Assembly (NCBI GenBank): GCA_036172245.1 | Contig: JAYWIR010000006.1 | Coordinates: forward strand, 1,240,001-1,304,000 | From: Raillietiella orientalis | Taxonomy: Eukaryota | DNA length: 64,000 nt | Direction of reading: 5' to 3' | In this document: in pieces, positions 27,007 to 39,790 of the stretch | Numbering within the stretch: the stretch's first letter is position 1 | Layout of the letters: every line of letters starts with the position of its first letter | The notes under the pieces: generated by a model | The model's database searches: none | What the model saw: the letters and a program-made list of their open reading frames with translations, nothing else | Told to the model about the DNA's origin: nothing | Made by a program: the position numbers and the translations under genes

Positions 27007-28059
27007 TCATAATTTATTCCAGAATATTATTGGAAGAATAGAACATAGGATTATTCCTGAAGCTACTATTAACATATGCTTTTTCCCAATGTCCGGAAGA
27101 TAATCATATCCTGAATTGTTGTTGATGTAAGTTACTTTAAGGTCTGGTTGTAGTATTTGTTTTACAGTCTCAATATCTGAACTAATGGTACGTAAGTGAT
27201 CACTAAGGTCTTTTATCCACCGTGGCTGCACTTGTTGTGCTATTGCTGGTGTCTTCTCAGATACTTCTGTTTGTCCTATAAGTAGTAATGCCAGGCATTC
27301 TTGCTGTTTGTCGATTTTCTGCATAATTTCCATTTTTATTTTATTCATAGTCTCAGGACTTATTTCATTTTCTTTAACAAGTTTCCTGAGCTCCTTCATG
27401 CGATGATAATTAGTAATGGTGGATCCAAGAATACCAATGATGGCTCCACATATTGATCCAATTATGGACCAGTATTTGGTTCTTTCTGCATGAGCCCTTT
27501 CCTTTTCGTGACTATCCCTCACAGCATTGGATAAATCCAGAAAATAGTCTCTCTCATTCCGTTCCAGCTGTTCATATTCTTCAAGCAATAATCTCTCTTC
27601 TTTCAAAATGCTATGTTCCTACTAGTTGAAAGTGCAAAGATTGCATAAAACAAAAGTTCTTTATCAACCTGAGTGACTAGGGAAAGATAGCGATCTTCTC
27701 CTCTAACTGTTTTTTCCAATTCTGTATGAATTTCTTTAAGTTTTCTTTGTATCTGCAGCATGCGAGCTTGTTTACTTCGGCGCTGCTCTTGTGTTTCGCT
27801 GAACTTCAGCTCCATCTGAAGGTTTTTGCTAGAAGCATGTATGGAGTGCCTTGCATACCTGCAACACTTTGTCTTGAGCTCTTTTGACCTCTCCCAAACC
27901 AATAATGTTCTCATAATAGCTCATGAGACGAGTCAGCTTGCTGTGATAAGAACTAATACCAACTGTTTGCAGATTGACTGGAAATTCAGTTGATTTTCTA
28001 CAGAATAGTTTACTGGTTCTATAACAAGCACCAGCTCCAAGAAGGTGCATTATCAGCAT
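27007..28059 (-). CDS. CCDC51: Coiled-coil domain-containing protein 51 (mitochondrial K+ channel MITOK-like), 3 exons
   Basis: YENIIGLGEVKRAQDKV, RGEDRYLSLVTQE, AVRDSHEKERAHAERTKYWSIIGSICGAIIGILG and a C-terminal TM segment. Introns at 27858-27816 and 27668-27619. Start ATG is 28059 or 28050. Confidence 0.9.
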
Positions 28060-28079
28060 TCACAATTCCTAAAATAAAC

Positions 28080-29447
28080 ATGGATTTTCACAGTGCTCCA
28101 CCAGAGAATAGTATGATCCAATGCATCTTTTTCAGTGAGTTTCATCCAGAAGTTGGAAGGAAAGTCACCTATCAAGTGAGCTCAGGTTCAAAAAGTGCCT
28201 GATAATTTTTCTGTTGGCCAACAGGTCCCAAAGGACTTCCTGAGCAAAGAAGTCTTTGATGCTGTTAGTGCCTATATTATCCCTAAGAAAATGATTTTGA
28301 AGAAAGTAGTCACTATGTAAGCTCATATGTAGCATTCTATATCTGGAAGATTAAGGTGTGTGCAGAAATACTCTAGGCTATAAAATCACTGGCTATCCTG
28401 TTACTATTTGCAAAGAGCGCTACAAACGTGGTGAACTGCGTTTTAATCTCTGCTTTGTTTGTAGCTGTAGACACCGTACTTTACAGTACGAACCTGTAGT
28501 TATCAAACTATCTGAATATTTGGTATGGAAAAGACTTAGTGTTGTCTAATTGTACACTTGTACAGGTAAATTTAGAACATGAAAATCAATTCCTTTCTGA
28601 TGAGAACAAGAAAGAACAGCTAGCCAGTATGTTGCAGCATATCCTGCAGCAGCTGAATGCTCATCAGTTTGCAGTTATTTCACTTGGTTTGACTTAATTA
28701 TGTAATTTCCATAGCTTGTTATCTATTCCTAGATGAGATCAATACACTGTACCTGAAAGTTGTCAGCATGGTCCCTTATCCACCTTCTGTATCAAACTAC
28801 GATGTACCTATTTTCTTGGAAAGCAGGTACAACTTCCAACTAGACCAATGGGATCTGACAACTCAACTTATCATTCCATATATTAATGGCCAACTATCAG
28901 TCAGTAACATCAGCAAGCTGACACAAGTTGATCTTGAGCTAGTGAAGCTGTGCATCCAGAATCTGATGTATGGTATCTTCAAATAGTCTCTAAATTGGGT
29001 CTCAGTTATTTCAGATTAGTCACCCTTTTGCCTATTTTTGATTATTCTAACATATATGTGATCACCCCTCAAATTGATCAAATGGCCCAAAACCGTAAAC
29101 TGCAACTCAAGTGTCTTAATGCTGTTATGGAAGATAAACAACTGCCCTCATTTCGTCAAGTTTTTCAATTATTCTGTGCCATGCAAGCTGGCACTAGCAT
29201 AAGAGACTTGTGCAACCGTTTTAATCCCCAAGTTAATCACATTAACATAAAGAAGCTAGTACAGTTTGGTTTGATGCATGGTTTTCTTCGTCGCTGTTAT
29301 GAATATCCCATCAGCACTGAGGATGAAGGCACTTTATTTGATGGTACCAAACACATTGATTTCATTTGCTGCTCTCAGAATACAAAGTTAGATCAACTTC
29401 TCAAACACCTTGAAGAGGAACCTAATATCATGATTTTTCGTTGTTAG
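28080..29447 (+). CDS. NPRL2: GATOR1 complex subunit NPRL2
   Basis: IQCIFFSEFHPEVGRKVTYQ|VP, YKITGYPVTI..RYKR..L.FNLCFV, QWDLTTQLIIPYING and KLVQFGLMHGFLRR. Multiple short GT-AG introns. Stop TAG at 29445-29447. Start is 28080, alternatively 28113. Confidence 0.93.
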
Positions 29448-30949
29448 AACCTATTACAAATATACGAGAAAGTATTTCAGGACAATAATTATATTTGTAA
29501 GATTTTTCCTCAATGATAACTCCACTTAAATGCTGATGAAACCGCAGAACATTAGTAATCTTCACAGGGAAACTATCAACTTACCAGTTCTCCACAAACA
29601 ATGGGGACCACTGTTAAGTTAAATGCGTAGGTATCTCCATGCCTCAGCTTGCCAAGATTTACACCACTAATCCCCAACCAAATGATGCTGGGAGTTTTAT
29701 CAGAATTAACCAAGTGGAGCACTAAATCCAATTCTTGCTTAGCACAGTTCGTGAGAGTGCACTGAAATTTCACATGCTCATTTAGATGTACGAGGTTGGG
29801 CAGATTCTGAACTGTAATACGAAGATCACTTGGTGATGGCAGTTGCCCAGTTAATGGACTACTCTGAAGTCTTCCTTTTTCTCCAAGATCACTTCTCCAT
29901 ATCATATCCAACTTTCCTAACAGTTCTAATTCTTTGCCTTTTACTAATGGTGTCAGGCAATACAAGTACTGACGAACATCAGCTGCATGCATGCAGTTCA
30001 CTTTTCCAAAGATGCTGCAGTCAAGAATTTCATCACCATCCATTATGTTATTATGTGAAGTCACTACATTGATTACAATAAAGAATATCATTACCAAGTA
30101 GTTTACCAGAATATGCAGAACTGGGTTCAAATGTGACTTTTTCGAGATAAATTGATTTGCTTGTTAAATTCGTGATCTTTTCTTCTAAATACACCTCTCC
30201 TGACTACAATAATAATGAAAACAAAAAACATCCATATGCATAAGCAAATAATACCTCAGCACCGAAAAACCTCGTTTTTATTTCAAGAGGCTTTTGTACT
30301 TGGAACTTAAAAAGCTTTTTGAAACACTGTTCTTCACCTGAATGATTCACGTAAGTTACTGTACAGATCAACCTAAGAACATCAAATGTATACCAACATA
30401 TATGTTTTTATTTGTTTTTATGCTCACATATAGCTACCTAAATCTCTGACTTCATGCTGTAGTACTTGATCCACACTTCCATCGGGTTCAAGTTTTGCAC
30501 ATTGTAATTCTGGTCCATATAAAACAAATTTCTCATCAGATATTTGTAATTCGGCTTTAACTCGAACATTTGTTAAGCAATTTACGCTTTCATTGTGTAC
30601 GCTAACATAGCTTGTGAAAGTTTCCCCTAAATAAATTGGACTGAAATTATTTCCTCAATGCTTTCACATGCTGACATATTGGAAAAAGTTTACCCGAAGC
30701 TCTGTGGTAAAACAAGCATATTGTCAAAAGCTAATGATTCTAAGCCACATGCTCTTTGCATCGAAATGTCTCTTCCTCTTTGGTCTATTTCTTTTGACAA
30801 GTCACAGATATCAAAAACCAGAGGAACTTCCACGTAAATTCCGGGACTCGAAAGTCTCATAACTTCACATAAAAACGGAACACAAATTACGATTCCACTG
30901 ATGCATGCACCTTACCTTTTAATTCTAGATCGTAAGTTTTTGACTCCAT
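29428..30949 (-). CDS. TRAPPC13: Trafficking protein particle complex subunit 13
   Basis: MESKTYDLELK|VMRL, IYLGETF, FKKLFKFQVQKPLEIKTRF, DVRQYLYCL and LGKLDMIWRSDLGEKGRLQSS. The last exon 29532-29428 reads HLSGVIIEEK..IFVIGSNNEKS*. Confidence 0.92.
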
Positions 30950-31519
30950 TTTCAACTCTACAGAGACATGCTATTACTACTATTCGGTATCCATTCGTCT
31001 TAGTAACTTAAGCTTTGCTACGGAACTGTTCTCGGGATAAATGAAGTTATAACAAGCATGTAAAACAAATGTAATTTCATATATTTACTTTTATTAAAAA
31101 AATATTGTTTGCAGTTTCTTGTGACCATAAATGCTTGGCAGAATTTTTTCAGTGTGACCAAACTATTCAACGGAAAACAAAACTCCGGAAACCATGTACC
31201 GAACCCTCACTATGGGATTACGACAGTACTCTTCCGCTCTCACCGACTGCTTTCGTAATCTTTCACGTAACTAACGATCAGCGGGATCACCTCCTGCACA
31301 CTCGATTTTACACATTTATCAGTGTTTGCCTTAGAACCACATTTGAAACCTTCATTAGCTTCTTACGTGTAATAGAGTATGTGTACATAAAAACAGGTAT
31401 TCGTATTATTTATGTCATGCTACTCTTGTAGCACACTTGGCTGCTATAGGTTGCATATTGAGATTTTTGTTTTTGTTTTTTTGTTTTTTTTATTGCGGAG
31501 CGACACAACTTTTCATTCA

Positions 31520-32870
31520 ACTTTTCATTCAACATTTTTGCATGCAGATTGCATGCAAAAATGTAAACTTCAAAGAGCGGTAGAATACATCAGAAAAGAA
31601 GACAAAACAAAGCAAAATATAAAACAAATAGATCGTGGTTACGAAACTTTTGGGTACTCTTTCGTTTCCAGTTTCTTGGCTCAAGGGAAGGAAAATCAAA
31701 GCTTTTATCATTTCTAGAGCTCGATTTTATCTGATATTCAACATTAGTTGAATCTTTCAATTCTTCAAATGTGAAGACAAATCATGTTTTTGATAAGAAA
31801 GTGCTTATACAAACAATGGAGGAGGAATTCTTTAACTTGAGAAAAATAAGAATGCTGTTTCTCTAGAGTAATTTTTTATATTTGGTTTTTTACAGTAGCT
31901 ATGAATTCTATTAAAAAACAAGAGTAGTAAGAAAAGATCAGCCAGACTTGTAACCTATATTATCTTCAAATCCTATATTACTTCAATCAGGATTGCATTA
32001 AGGAAATCCGAAACATAATTCGAGCACACTGGAAATGTGTATATAGTGTAGAAGTAATATCAATAATTTTTCAGTAGATGAAAACATTAGATGTTATAGC
32101 TTCAAACGTCCTGGGAAAGCTTCTAGATTCCTGAAACGTTTGTAAGTATGCAGTATTTCAAATCTCAAATAGTTTGTACCTGAATGCAAGCAAGCTTATC
32201 AGTGTTTATCCAACTGAACATGGTGCACCCTATAAAAAGACATGAATAAAAACAAATACTTGATTTTGTTTTTGGTAAATTTGTTTTAGAAACCATTTTT
32301 GGATGGATTCTATTTCCATGAACATTGGAACAGAAAATATAAGAAACTAACTCATTATTCGTTTTGGCGTGGGAGAACCTTATCCGTGTACAAAGTGACA
32401 ACGAAACATTTGCGATAGAAGGAACTGATTTCATTTGAATTTTTCAGTTTTGAATTTCTGAGCAGATTTTGAGAAAGAACAGCGAAAAATTATAAGTTGC
32501 AAGCAAAGAGAATTCATCTTGACACGAGGAGTACAGGGATAAATGTAGTCTCTGTTTAATTTAAAATTTTTTTTTTTTCAAGTTTCATTGCTTTTAAAAT
32601 TTTTAGGAATGATAGAAGATTACTTTACAGGATATCAATTACTTTACCATAAGAGAAGTAAGAATTGTGCATCTCAAGATAGTTTATATTTCAGAATACC
32701 AACTGACGTTTGCAAATGGGCAAAGTTAATGCCGGAAACACACATGTTGAGATTTCGTGGGTATTGGATTTCATTCCGTCTTAATAAATCCGATTTTATG
32801 AAAATCTACCTTTTAATCATCGTTACATGATGGAAATATGGACAAGTAATTGAGCAACTTGGTGTAGGCA
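31520..32870 (+). pseudogene. Candidate endogenous viral element: decayed bunyavirus-like RdRp (L) fragment up to motif A
   Basis: Frameshifted peptides appear in L-protein order: GYSFVSSFLAQGKENQSFYH (~31650), KTNHVFDKKVL (~31775, cf. HEFS), EQILRK..EFILTRG (~32460-32530, pre-motif A region), PTDVCKWAKLMP (32699-32734, cf. motif A DxxKW) and MEIWTS. Confidence 0.45.
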
Positions 32871-33629
32871 ACAAAACAGCACATTTCCCAATATCCTTAG
32901 ATCAAATTGCCGTTTCCGAAAGCGGAAGTGCGCAAAGAATTTCTAGACTTGTCCTTTGCTCGTGCGCGTCATTCCTTTGTTTATAAGCTTTCTAATTAAC
33001 ATATGAAAAATTTCTACCCGTGGCATCCAAGACTGAAAGGACACTTGGGAGAAAATTATAAAAGCAGTAGCTTCAAGAAGGCTACGGGAGTTGACACATT
33101 AAAATCGATAAGCTGACCAGAGTAGCTGAACTGATCCATAGCCTATTGTTTCCGCCTGCAAAGGCTGGGTTTGGAGAAAAGCTTTTGGTTTTACTTAGAC
33201 AGTCACTAGGAATCGCTTTCATCGTAGTCTTCCAAAATAAGGAAATGTCGCCAATTAAATTTCAAGTCCTTAAGGATATGCTGTAACGTGTGGTTACATC
33301 CAGCAGTGTTTTTATATCAACTTCTGTAAAAAGTGGCACTTATCGATGCCCACACAGGGTTCGCATAACATGTTCTACACAGTAGTAGCTTCAAAGTCAG
33401 GAAATCAGTAGATAATAAGCATGTATTCTCAATCGAAAAAAGGAGCGAAGTTTTGATTTTCTAGTCGAGTACAATTAAACTTTTAAACTCTGGTATTTGA
33501 AATCATACTTGAGATGGTAATTTATAAACAAAGTGCATCAATGAAACTGAATGATGAAATTTTATTGAAGCTGCCGACAGTACAAAGCCTCAACCAAAAA
33601 AAAGGAAACCAAAAGGGAAATCAAGACAA

Positions 33630-35161
33630 CTAAATGGCATCAATGTCAAGATCATCATCATCAGATTGCTCTTGAGGGGAAGTAACAGCTGAAGTTGTCT
33701 GAGGAGTACACTCTCTCAAAGTGGTGGCACGCAAGCGATCATCATAGTCAATCTGCAGGTATAAAGCAAACAATTCACCCACTATCTTGCCTACCTCCAC
33801 AGCACTCTCTTCACTTGACTCCTCCTCTGCTTCTAACAACCAACGAAGGAATGGCTCAGCTGCCTGACGGATCTCCGCAGCCAGCTCTTTGTTTACATAA
33901 CGACGACTTGCACGTTTACCCCAATCAAGAAGCACTTCCTCTTCTAGCAGATCACTATCATATAACACCTTCAAAATTGTGGGCACTTTAGCAAGAAGAT
34001 TCCTGTGTAATTGAACCAGTTGCTCTATGCCACCCAAAAGGCTCTTTTGGGCTTTATGGTTACCATGAGTGAAACACAAAAATAAAACACGATATTGCTT
34101 AAGACGAGAAAACAATGCCTCATCCAAAAGTAATTCAGACAGCACTAATGGTGCTTTATCTCTAATGTCCAATCTTTCTGCTTCAAGTAGCACTTCTCTG
34201 TGACATCCCATTAGAGTTCCTGCATCATGCCGTTGTCTGACAAAAGCATAGAACAAATCCACTCGTTCCTACAATTGGCAACTAAGGGGACAATTATTCA
34301 AAGTGACTCACTTTCTCAGATTTATTCAGATCATCAGATACTGTCAAATTCTTGGCACCTTCTGTGAGATCTTGCATTCGCTGCTGCACTGCTTCCTGGC
34401 TGATATCTTCTGCCCAATCATCATCTTCTTCATCTTCATCTTCCTGCAAGGAAGTTACAGGCAAGTCTGAACAAAAAAACCTACCTCAGCAGCCTGTACT
34501 TCATTATCAGATACAGGACTTGCTCCTGCATCAGCTGCTGACCCATTGGTTGTGACATTCTTGTCTTTCCTTTTTTTGCTTTTACCCTTGGATGGTGTGG
34601 CTAATGATGATCCAGAAGCTGCTGGATTCACATCTGCGAGAAGTACTACATACCAACTTCTACTGAATCAATTGCCTACCAGGTGGATTTTTCAAAATAA
34701 ATGTGGTAAGTTTATGCTTCATATCCACCAATCCTTGATGGCCACATGCTTTGCACGAACGCTGAATAAGCTGCTTGCGATTATTAACACATAGCATTGT
34801 TTCTGGATTTTCACATTCTGGACAGAGGACAAACTTGCGAATAAAACCATCCAGCAAATTTTGTAACTTGAGGGCATCATGAGAACCATTCACAATGTAT
34901 CTCTCGTTTTTGAAGTCGAACAGGGTTTGGGCACCCAGTTCACATCCAAAATATTTGGTGGGATCTGCAACAGGAAGTGATGCATCATGAAAGCTGCAAC
35001 TCACAAGTGGGTGGCCGACTGAGTGCCTTAGCTACTTCTACCATGTTCACAATAACTGTCTTGATGCCATTGCCTTTACCCTCCACCTTAGCCTGCAAAC
35101 GAGGCATCTTGTATCGATAGAACACATCTGACACATTGCGGTTAATGTTGACACTGCCCAT
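33630..35161 (-). CDS. EIF5: Eukaryotic translation initiation factor 5
   Basis: [65 protein letters not shown] zinc ribbon, W2 domain [30 protein letters not shown] and C-terminal DLDIDAI. Confidence 0.97.
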
Positions 35162-35180
35162 GGCTGTAGGAAATGGACAA

Positions 35181-35511
35181 CTCTGGTATACAGAAAAAAA
35201 AAAAAAAAAAAAGAAGTCACTAACAATTGAAATTTCTGAAATAAACTGATAACTGATTTTTATCTAGCTACTTTAAGTACAGTCTGTTATCAATTTAAAA
35301 GTTCGTACTTATGACATTTATTTGCAGCAAACATACACCCTCCTGGATCTGGGCCAGAGGCCTCAAGTTGTTTTCGGAAGCTGGATGGGTTTCCTCGTGA
35401 TAACAGTAAATCTCCAAAAAAATTGAACAAACATTAAACAGGATATTTCACAAATCGAAAAATTGCGAAAAAATAAAAACAATACATACCTTTCCAGTTA
35501 TACAAAGTCAT
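35181..35511 (-). promoter_or_regulatory. Predicted weak-context upstream ORF in the spliced eIF5 5' leader
   Basis: uATG at 35511 (context tttTATATGa). Predicted leader introns are 35489-35412 and 35336-35183. The main ATG is in strong context gccATGg. Confidence 0.5.
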
Positions 35512-38500
35512 ATAAAAGAATGGTTCTTATGGACTGTTCTAAAGTCTAGGCAGATTATTGACTACTATTGATTCACGATGCCCGAACTAATGCCGTATTC
35601 GGCTGGAAGCTGAAGATAAGAACGAAGAGGGCTCAATATCTATCAACAAATTTTCCATTTCACATGATATTGCACAAAAAACAGTTTCATGTACCACACA
35701 CACACACAAGAATCAAATACGAATTAGAAACATGAATGCGTTTCCCAAGTTCTCTTTTCTTTTTTCTTTCCTTTTTCCCTCCTCCATGTTTTGTACCTTC
35801 GCTTACCAGGACATCCAACATCAGCAGTACGTTTTGATGTTGGATTTTGAAACAAAAACTTTTTCTACAAACGCTCGTTAAAAAGGATTCCTGCCCATCT
35901 GAATAATTTCTCATTATCAGGTCGGAGCCATTTCGATACCAGATACTTTCCAGATACTTTCGTAACGCGATCGGAAAGAAGAAAAAAGTATCCCCCCTCC
36001 CCCCGACACCACCACCCAAAAAGGGAGGGGAAAAAAAAAAAAAAAGAGGAGGAGGAGGAGGAGGAGGAAAAAAAAAAAAAAAAAAAAAATTGAAAACCCC
36101 CAGCTTACTCTGCTTCCATCTACTAGCGATCCCCCTCTTCCCTCGACCGAAATCCTAGAGGCTAAAAGCACTTTGAACATGCCCCTACCTGTCTCAAAAT
36201 GGTGAGCTGGGTTTTTTTCCTTTTTCCTTTCCCCCTTTCCTGAGCCAGAAACGTGGCCACGCCAGCCCTGCACTTCCCCGCAGCTTCGTTTCCAGTGTGC
36301 TGCTGAGAAATTTCAGCAGGTGGAGTTTCACGATATACAATTTTGAAGGAAAATTAGACTTTACTGCGCAATCGGCGGAAGAACGGGAATTTCTATTATT
36401 GCGTTACGTTTGTTCTCGTTTTCCATTTCGTTTTTTCTTTTTTCTTTTCTTTCTCTTTCGGTTTTTTTCCCCCCCCTTTTTCACGTGCTGCTGAGGTGGG
36501 AAAATGGGTCCGTCGATTCGCGATTTGCCCGTGTCCCGTTTCGATTACAGGAAGCTCTGCAAATCCCGCGATGCTGCTCCGGAAATACAAAGTTCTAGCC
36601 TTGGCTCTTGCGCTATCGATTCTTCTCAATGTCATGCTCCCTCCCCCACCTCCCCTCAGCAATCAACATCCCACTCAAATAAATACTTTTCCGGGCCCAA
36701 ACTCTTCTCCTTCTTTTCCTCGTACCTGCAAAACTGTGTGCTGAATGTGGGGGAACGGAATGCAGGCATCTGCCTCGAAAGTGCTACCTGGGTGTAGGTG
36801 GTTTCTGCAGTGTGGACGACGAGGGGCGTTACGATTGACTCGAAGAAAGATAATCCCAACGCAAAAAAGAAGAAAAAGACGAGCGCTTTCTTCATTTCAT
36901 TCATCGCTGGAAATGGCAGGGAGCAAGTACCAGCGTGCCCCGTTGGCTGCCGTCCTCCGTGGTCAACCTTGCGTCAGTGCACCTGTCATGTGGCAACTAC
37001 CGTCAGTCACTCTAAGGAATGAATATGCATAACTGGATTCCGAGGAATTCTGAAATTTGCATATTGGATAAGCCTCGCCAGCAACAGTTTGCATGAAACT
37101 GCGCCCAGGACAAAGTGCAAGTGGTTCCAGTGACCACCACATGCAAGCACCAGAGTTTCCGGTTCGCAAAACTTTCACAAGGCTGTCTGCTTTCGAACGA
37201 ACTGCCTACATAATCTGTCGGTTTCCTCGATTCCAAAAAAGCTGCTGCTAGCCAGAAAAAGAAAGAACCTGAAATGCTCTCTGAGCTGCTGCACCGCGTG
37301 CCGTGTGCTGGTGGTGTGGAAGACGCATTTCCGTCGAGACACGGAGGGACAACTTTGCTGGTGTTTTGTCTTCGAGATCCGCGAAGGCCGCTGCCTACCT
37401 CGGTCGCGCTTGCAGACAAAGAAAGCAACTTTGTACGAATGTGGCTTTTGTTTCACTTTTCCGAATTCCCTGGAGAATTCCCCCCTGCAGCATGCACAAA
37501 CGCAAGGTGCGCCCCTGTCAGAAGGATGCAATGAGGATTTCCGTGCCCGTGGCAGCGGTGGTTCAACCGTCGAATCTGATGAAGTGTGAGAGACATTCTC
37601 TGGATTCAGTTCCTCCTCCTTCGGAGTGGTTAATGGGCACGATAAGGTTCCAGGGTGGTTTGAAAACAAGCAAAGAAGGACAGTTAAAGACATTGCGCAC
37701 CGCTTTTCCTTCTGAGAAAGCTTTCGTAAAGAGTGAAAAGGGAAACGGATTGTAAAACCTGCGTCGTGCTTCCACAAGGTTGTTGTTGTTGTTGTTGTTG
37801 CTGCTGTGTCTGATTCCAATATTCATAGCGAGCCTACGTAGAGCAAACCAGATCTCAAGGTGGTATCTGTGGTGTTCGTCATCAGTACAGCATCACTCAA
37901 CAGCTCTTTGTTCAGGCTCCGTAACTTTTGCAAAATTTTCAGCTCCCATTGACAGTTTTCGATGCAGTGATCCGTTAAAACTGCATCCGAGCGGGACTTT
38001 TCGGATCATCATTGCGTCGGAAGCTGCTGCAGAGAGGGCGATGAATAGTGGTTTTGGATTAAACTGGAACGCGGTAACCATGACGACAGGAGCCCTGACG
38101 AAAAAGCAGACAGTAGATGGAAAAAATCACGATTTTTCTTTCCGAATCGGAATAGGCAACACATTCTAACTTTGCAGCCCGGTACTTAAAGTTTTCTAAA
38201 AAAAAAAAAAAAAGATGGGACGGATGCATCTTTTCAGCGTGTTGAAAAGAAAGTTAAAATTGACTAGAGATCCAGGTTTCGGTTTTGTTTTCAATTTTTC
38301 AACACCATCCAAGAAGATCTGGATATGCTAGCATTTGTATTCGAACACGATGAATCCCGCAGCAATTTGCTGGTTATTCACAAATCGCAGCTTTTGGGAC
38401 TTGAACGTGAAAAAAAAAAAAAAAAAAAAAAACACTTGACTCCAGAGAGCTTTCTCTTTCTATGAAAGCAGTGCAGGTAAATGGTACCCAATTTTTCAGC

Positions 38501-39329
38501 TTCACATTTTGTTTTCTCATTGGCACCTGATGTGTTGCAATCTACTTTCACAGTTGGCTTGGATTTCTGATCTCGACGCTTTCTTCAGCTGCACACCTTC
38601 AGATTTTGGTTTGTCATCCCCATGTGTTGAACAAATAGCCAGGGCACGTCAAAATCTACAGCAGATGAAGGTTCCAAAATTGAAGGTGGCAAAATACGTC
38701 GTCCTGAACGGTAGCAGCTCCAATGTTTCACGGTTTCTCCAGGAAAGCGGGTGGCATTTTCACGAACTCCTATCCACCTCCCAGAAAAAATGAAAATTAT
38801 TACAGAGCCATATGTTGTGAAGGAATGAAGTTCCAGTCACATCCTAGTTATGAAATTTAGAATTCCTGCCTGAGGCTCGCTCACGTTCTTGGACCACTTC
38901 TGTCTGCGTTGTATTCCAGTTTCTGTTTCATCTCTCGGATAATTCCTCGTCACTTTCAGATTCTGCATCGGATTTCGATTGGATGCATTTGGTTAGCCCT
39001 CGTCCATGATCACCTTCTTTCGTGTCACTGTTGAACTCGATGATGCGTGTGCGGATCGTGTGAAACACGTCAAGCTTCTCCGGTCAAAATTAATGCCAGC
39101 ATATTAAACAACACGTTTCAGAGACCTCAGCTGAGGTTCAAAGATACGTGTACACTGTACACTGTTCTCCAACATTCCCCACCGCACCCCTAACTGCTTT
39201 CACGTCAGCGTTCCGTGTGAGGCAGTGAAGTCTTCCGTGCCATCCTGGCACATGCAGCGTATACGAGCATCGAGGAAACTTTCTCTCTTTCCGGTGGAAA
39301 CTTTTCCAAGTTGCGTTCAAAGCGTAGGA

Positions 39330-39790
39330 GGATTCTATGTAATGGGTTGCTTGACATGAAGGGAGTGACACGTTGCTCGAGCTGCTGTTTTCGCTTTGGT
39401 GTATCTGTCAAAGTAATCTTTGGTGTTTCTCAGAATTGCAGCTGGCACGACCCTGTCCTCCTGCCGCATCAATCTTCGGGCAACCGTCTTTTGCAGCGAA
39501 ATATCTGATCGACTGTGTCGCGTTTGAACACGTTGTGCACGAAACACAGCATTCCCTCATACCTTCCTTGTGAATGTAAAGTCACTTATGTGTTTGGGAG
39601 CTCTGAATTTTCTACCAACTTTCCAATTCTGTAAGTGCTGTTGGTAGTGGTCCTGTGCTCTTGTGATCCCACCATCACGGTTTGTACGATGGTGGGATGA
39701 TCTCCCCTGCGATGTCCACATGTATTCTCGACAGAGTCGCCTTTGATAAAAGAATTTTTCGACACAAGCAGCCCTTGATGCAGTCAACAT
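39330..39790 (-). mobile_element. Decayed Gypsy-like LTR retrotransposon integrase remnant
   Basis: SRIHVDIAG (~39730-39705, cf. WSRIHVDFAGP) followed by NWKVGRKFRAPKHISD (cf. WI.RFG.P..I.SD). Frameshifted. Confidence 0.45.

Noticed and set aside
33340..33400. Possible RdRp motif B (QG..LHSSS) downstream of the motif-A-like peptide
   Set aside because: It requires frameshifts, the match is too weak, and no SDD motif C follows.
35687..38169. Numerous ORFs up to 214 aa upstream of eIF5
   Set aside because: Low-complexity, homopolymer-driven or unrecognisable, with no consistent exon model.
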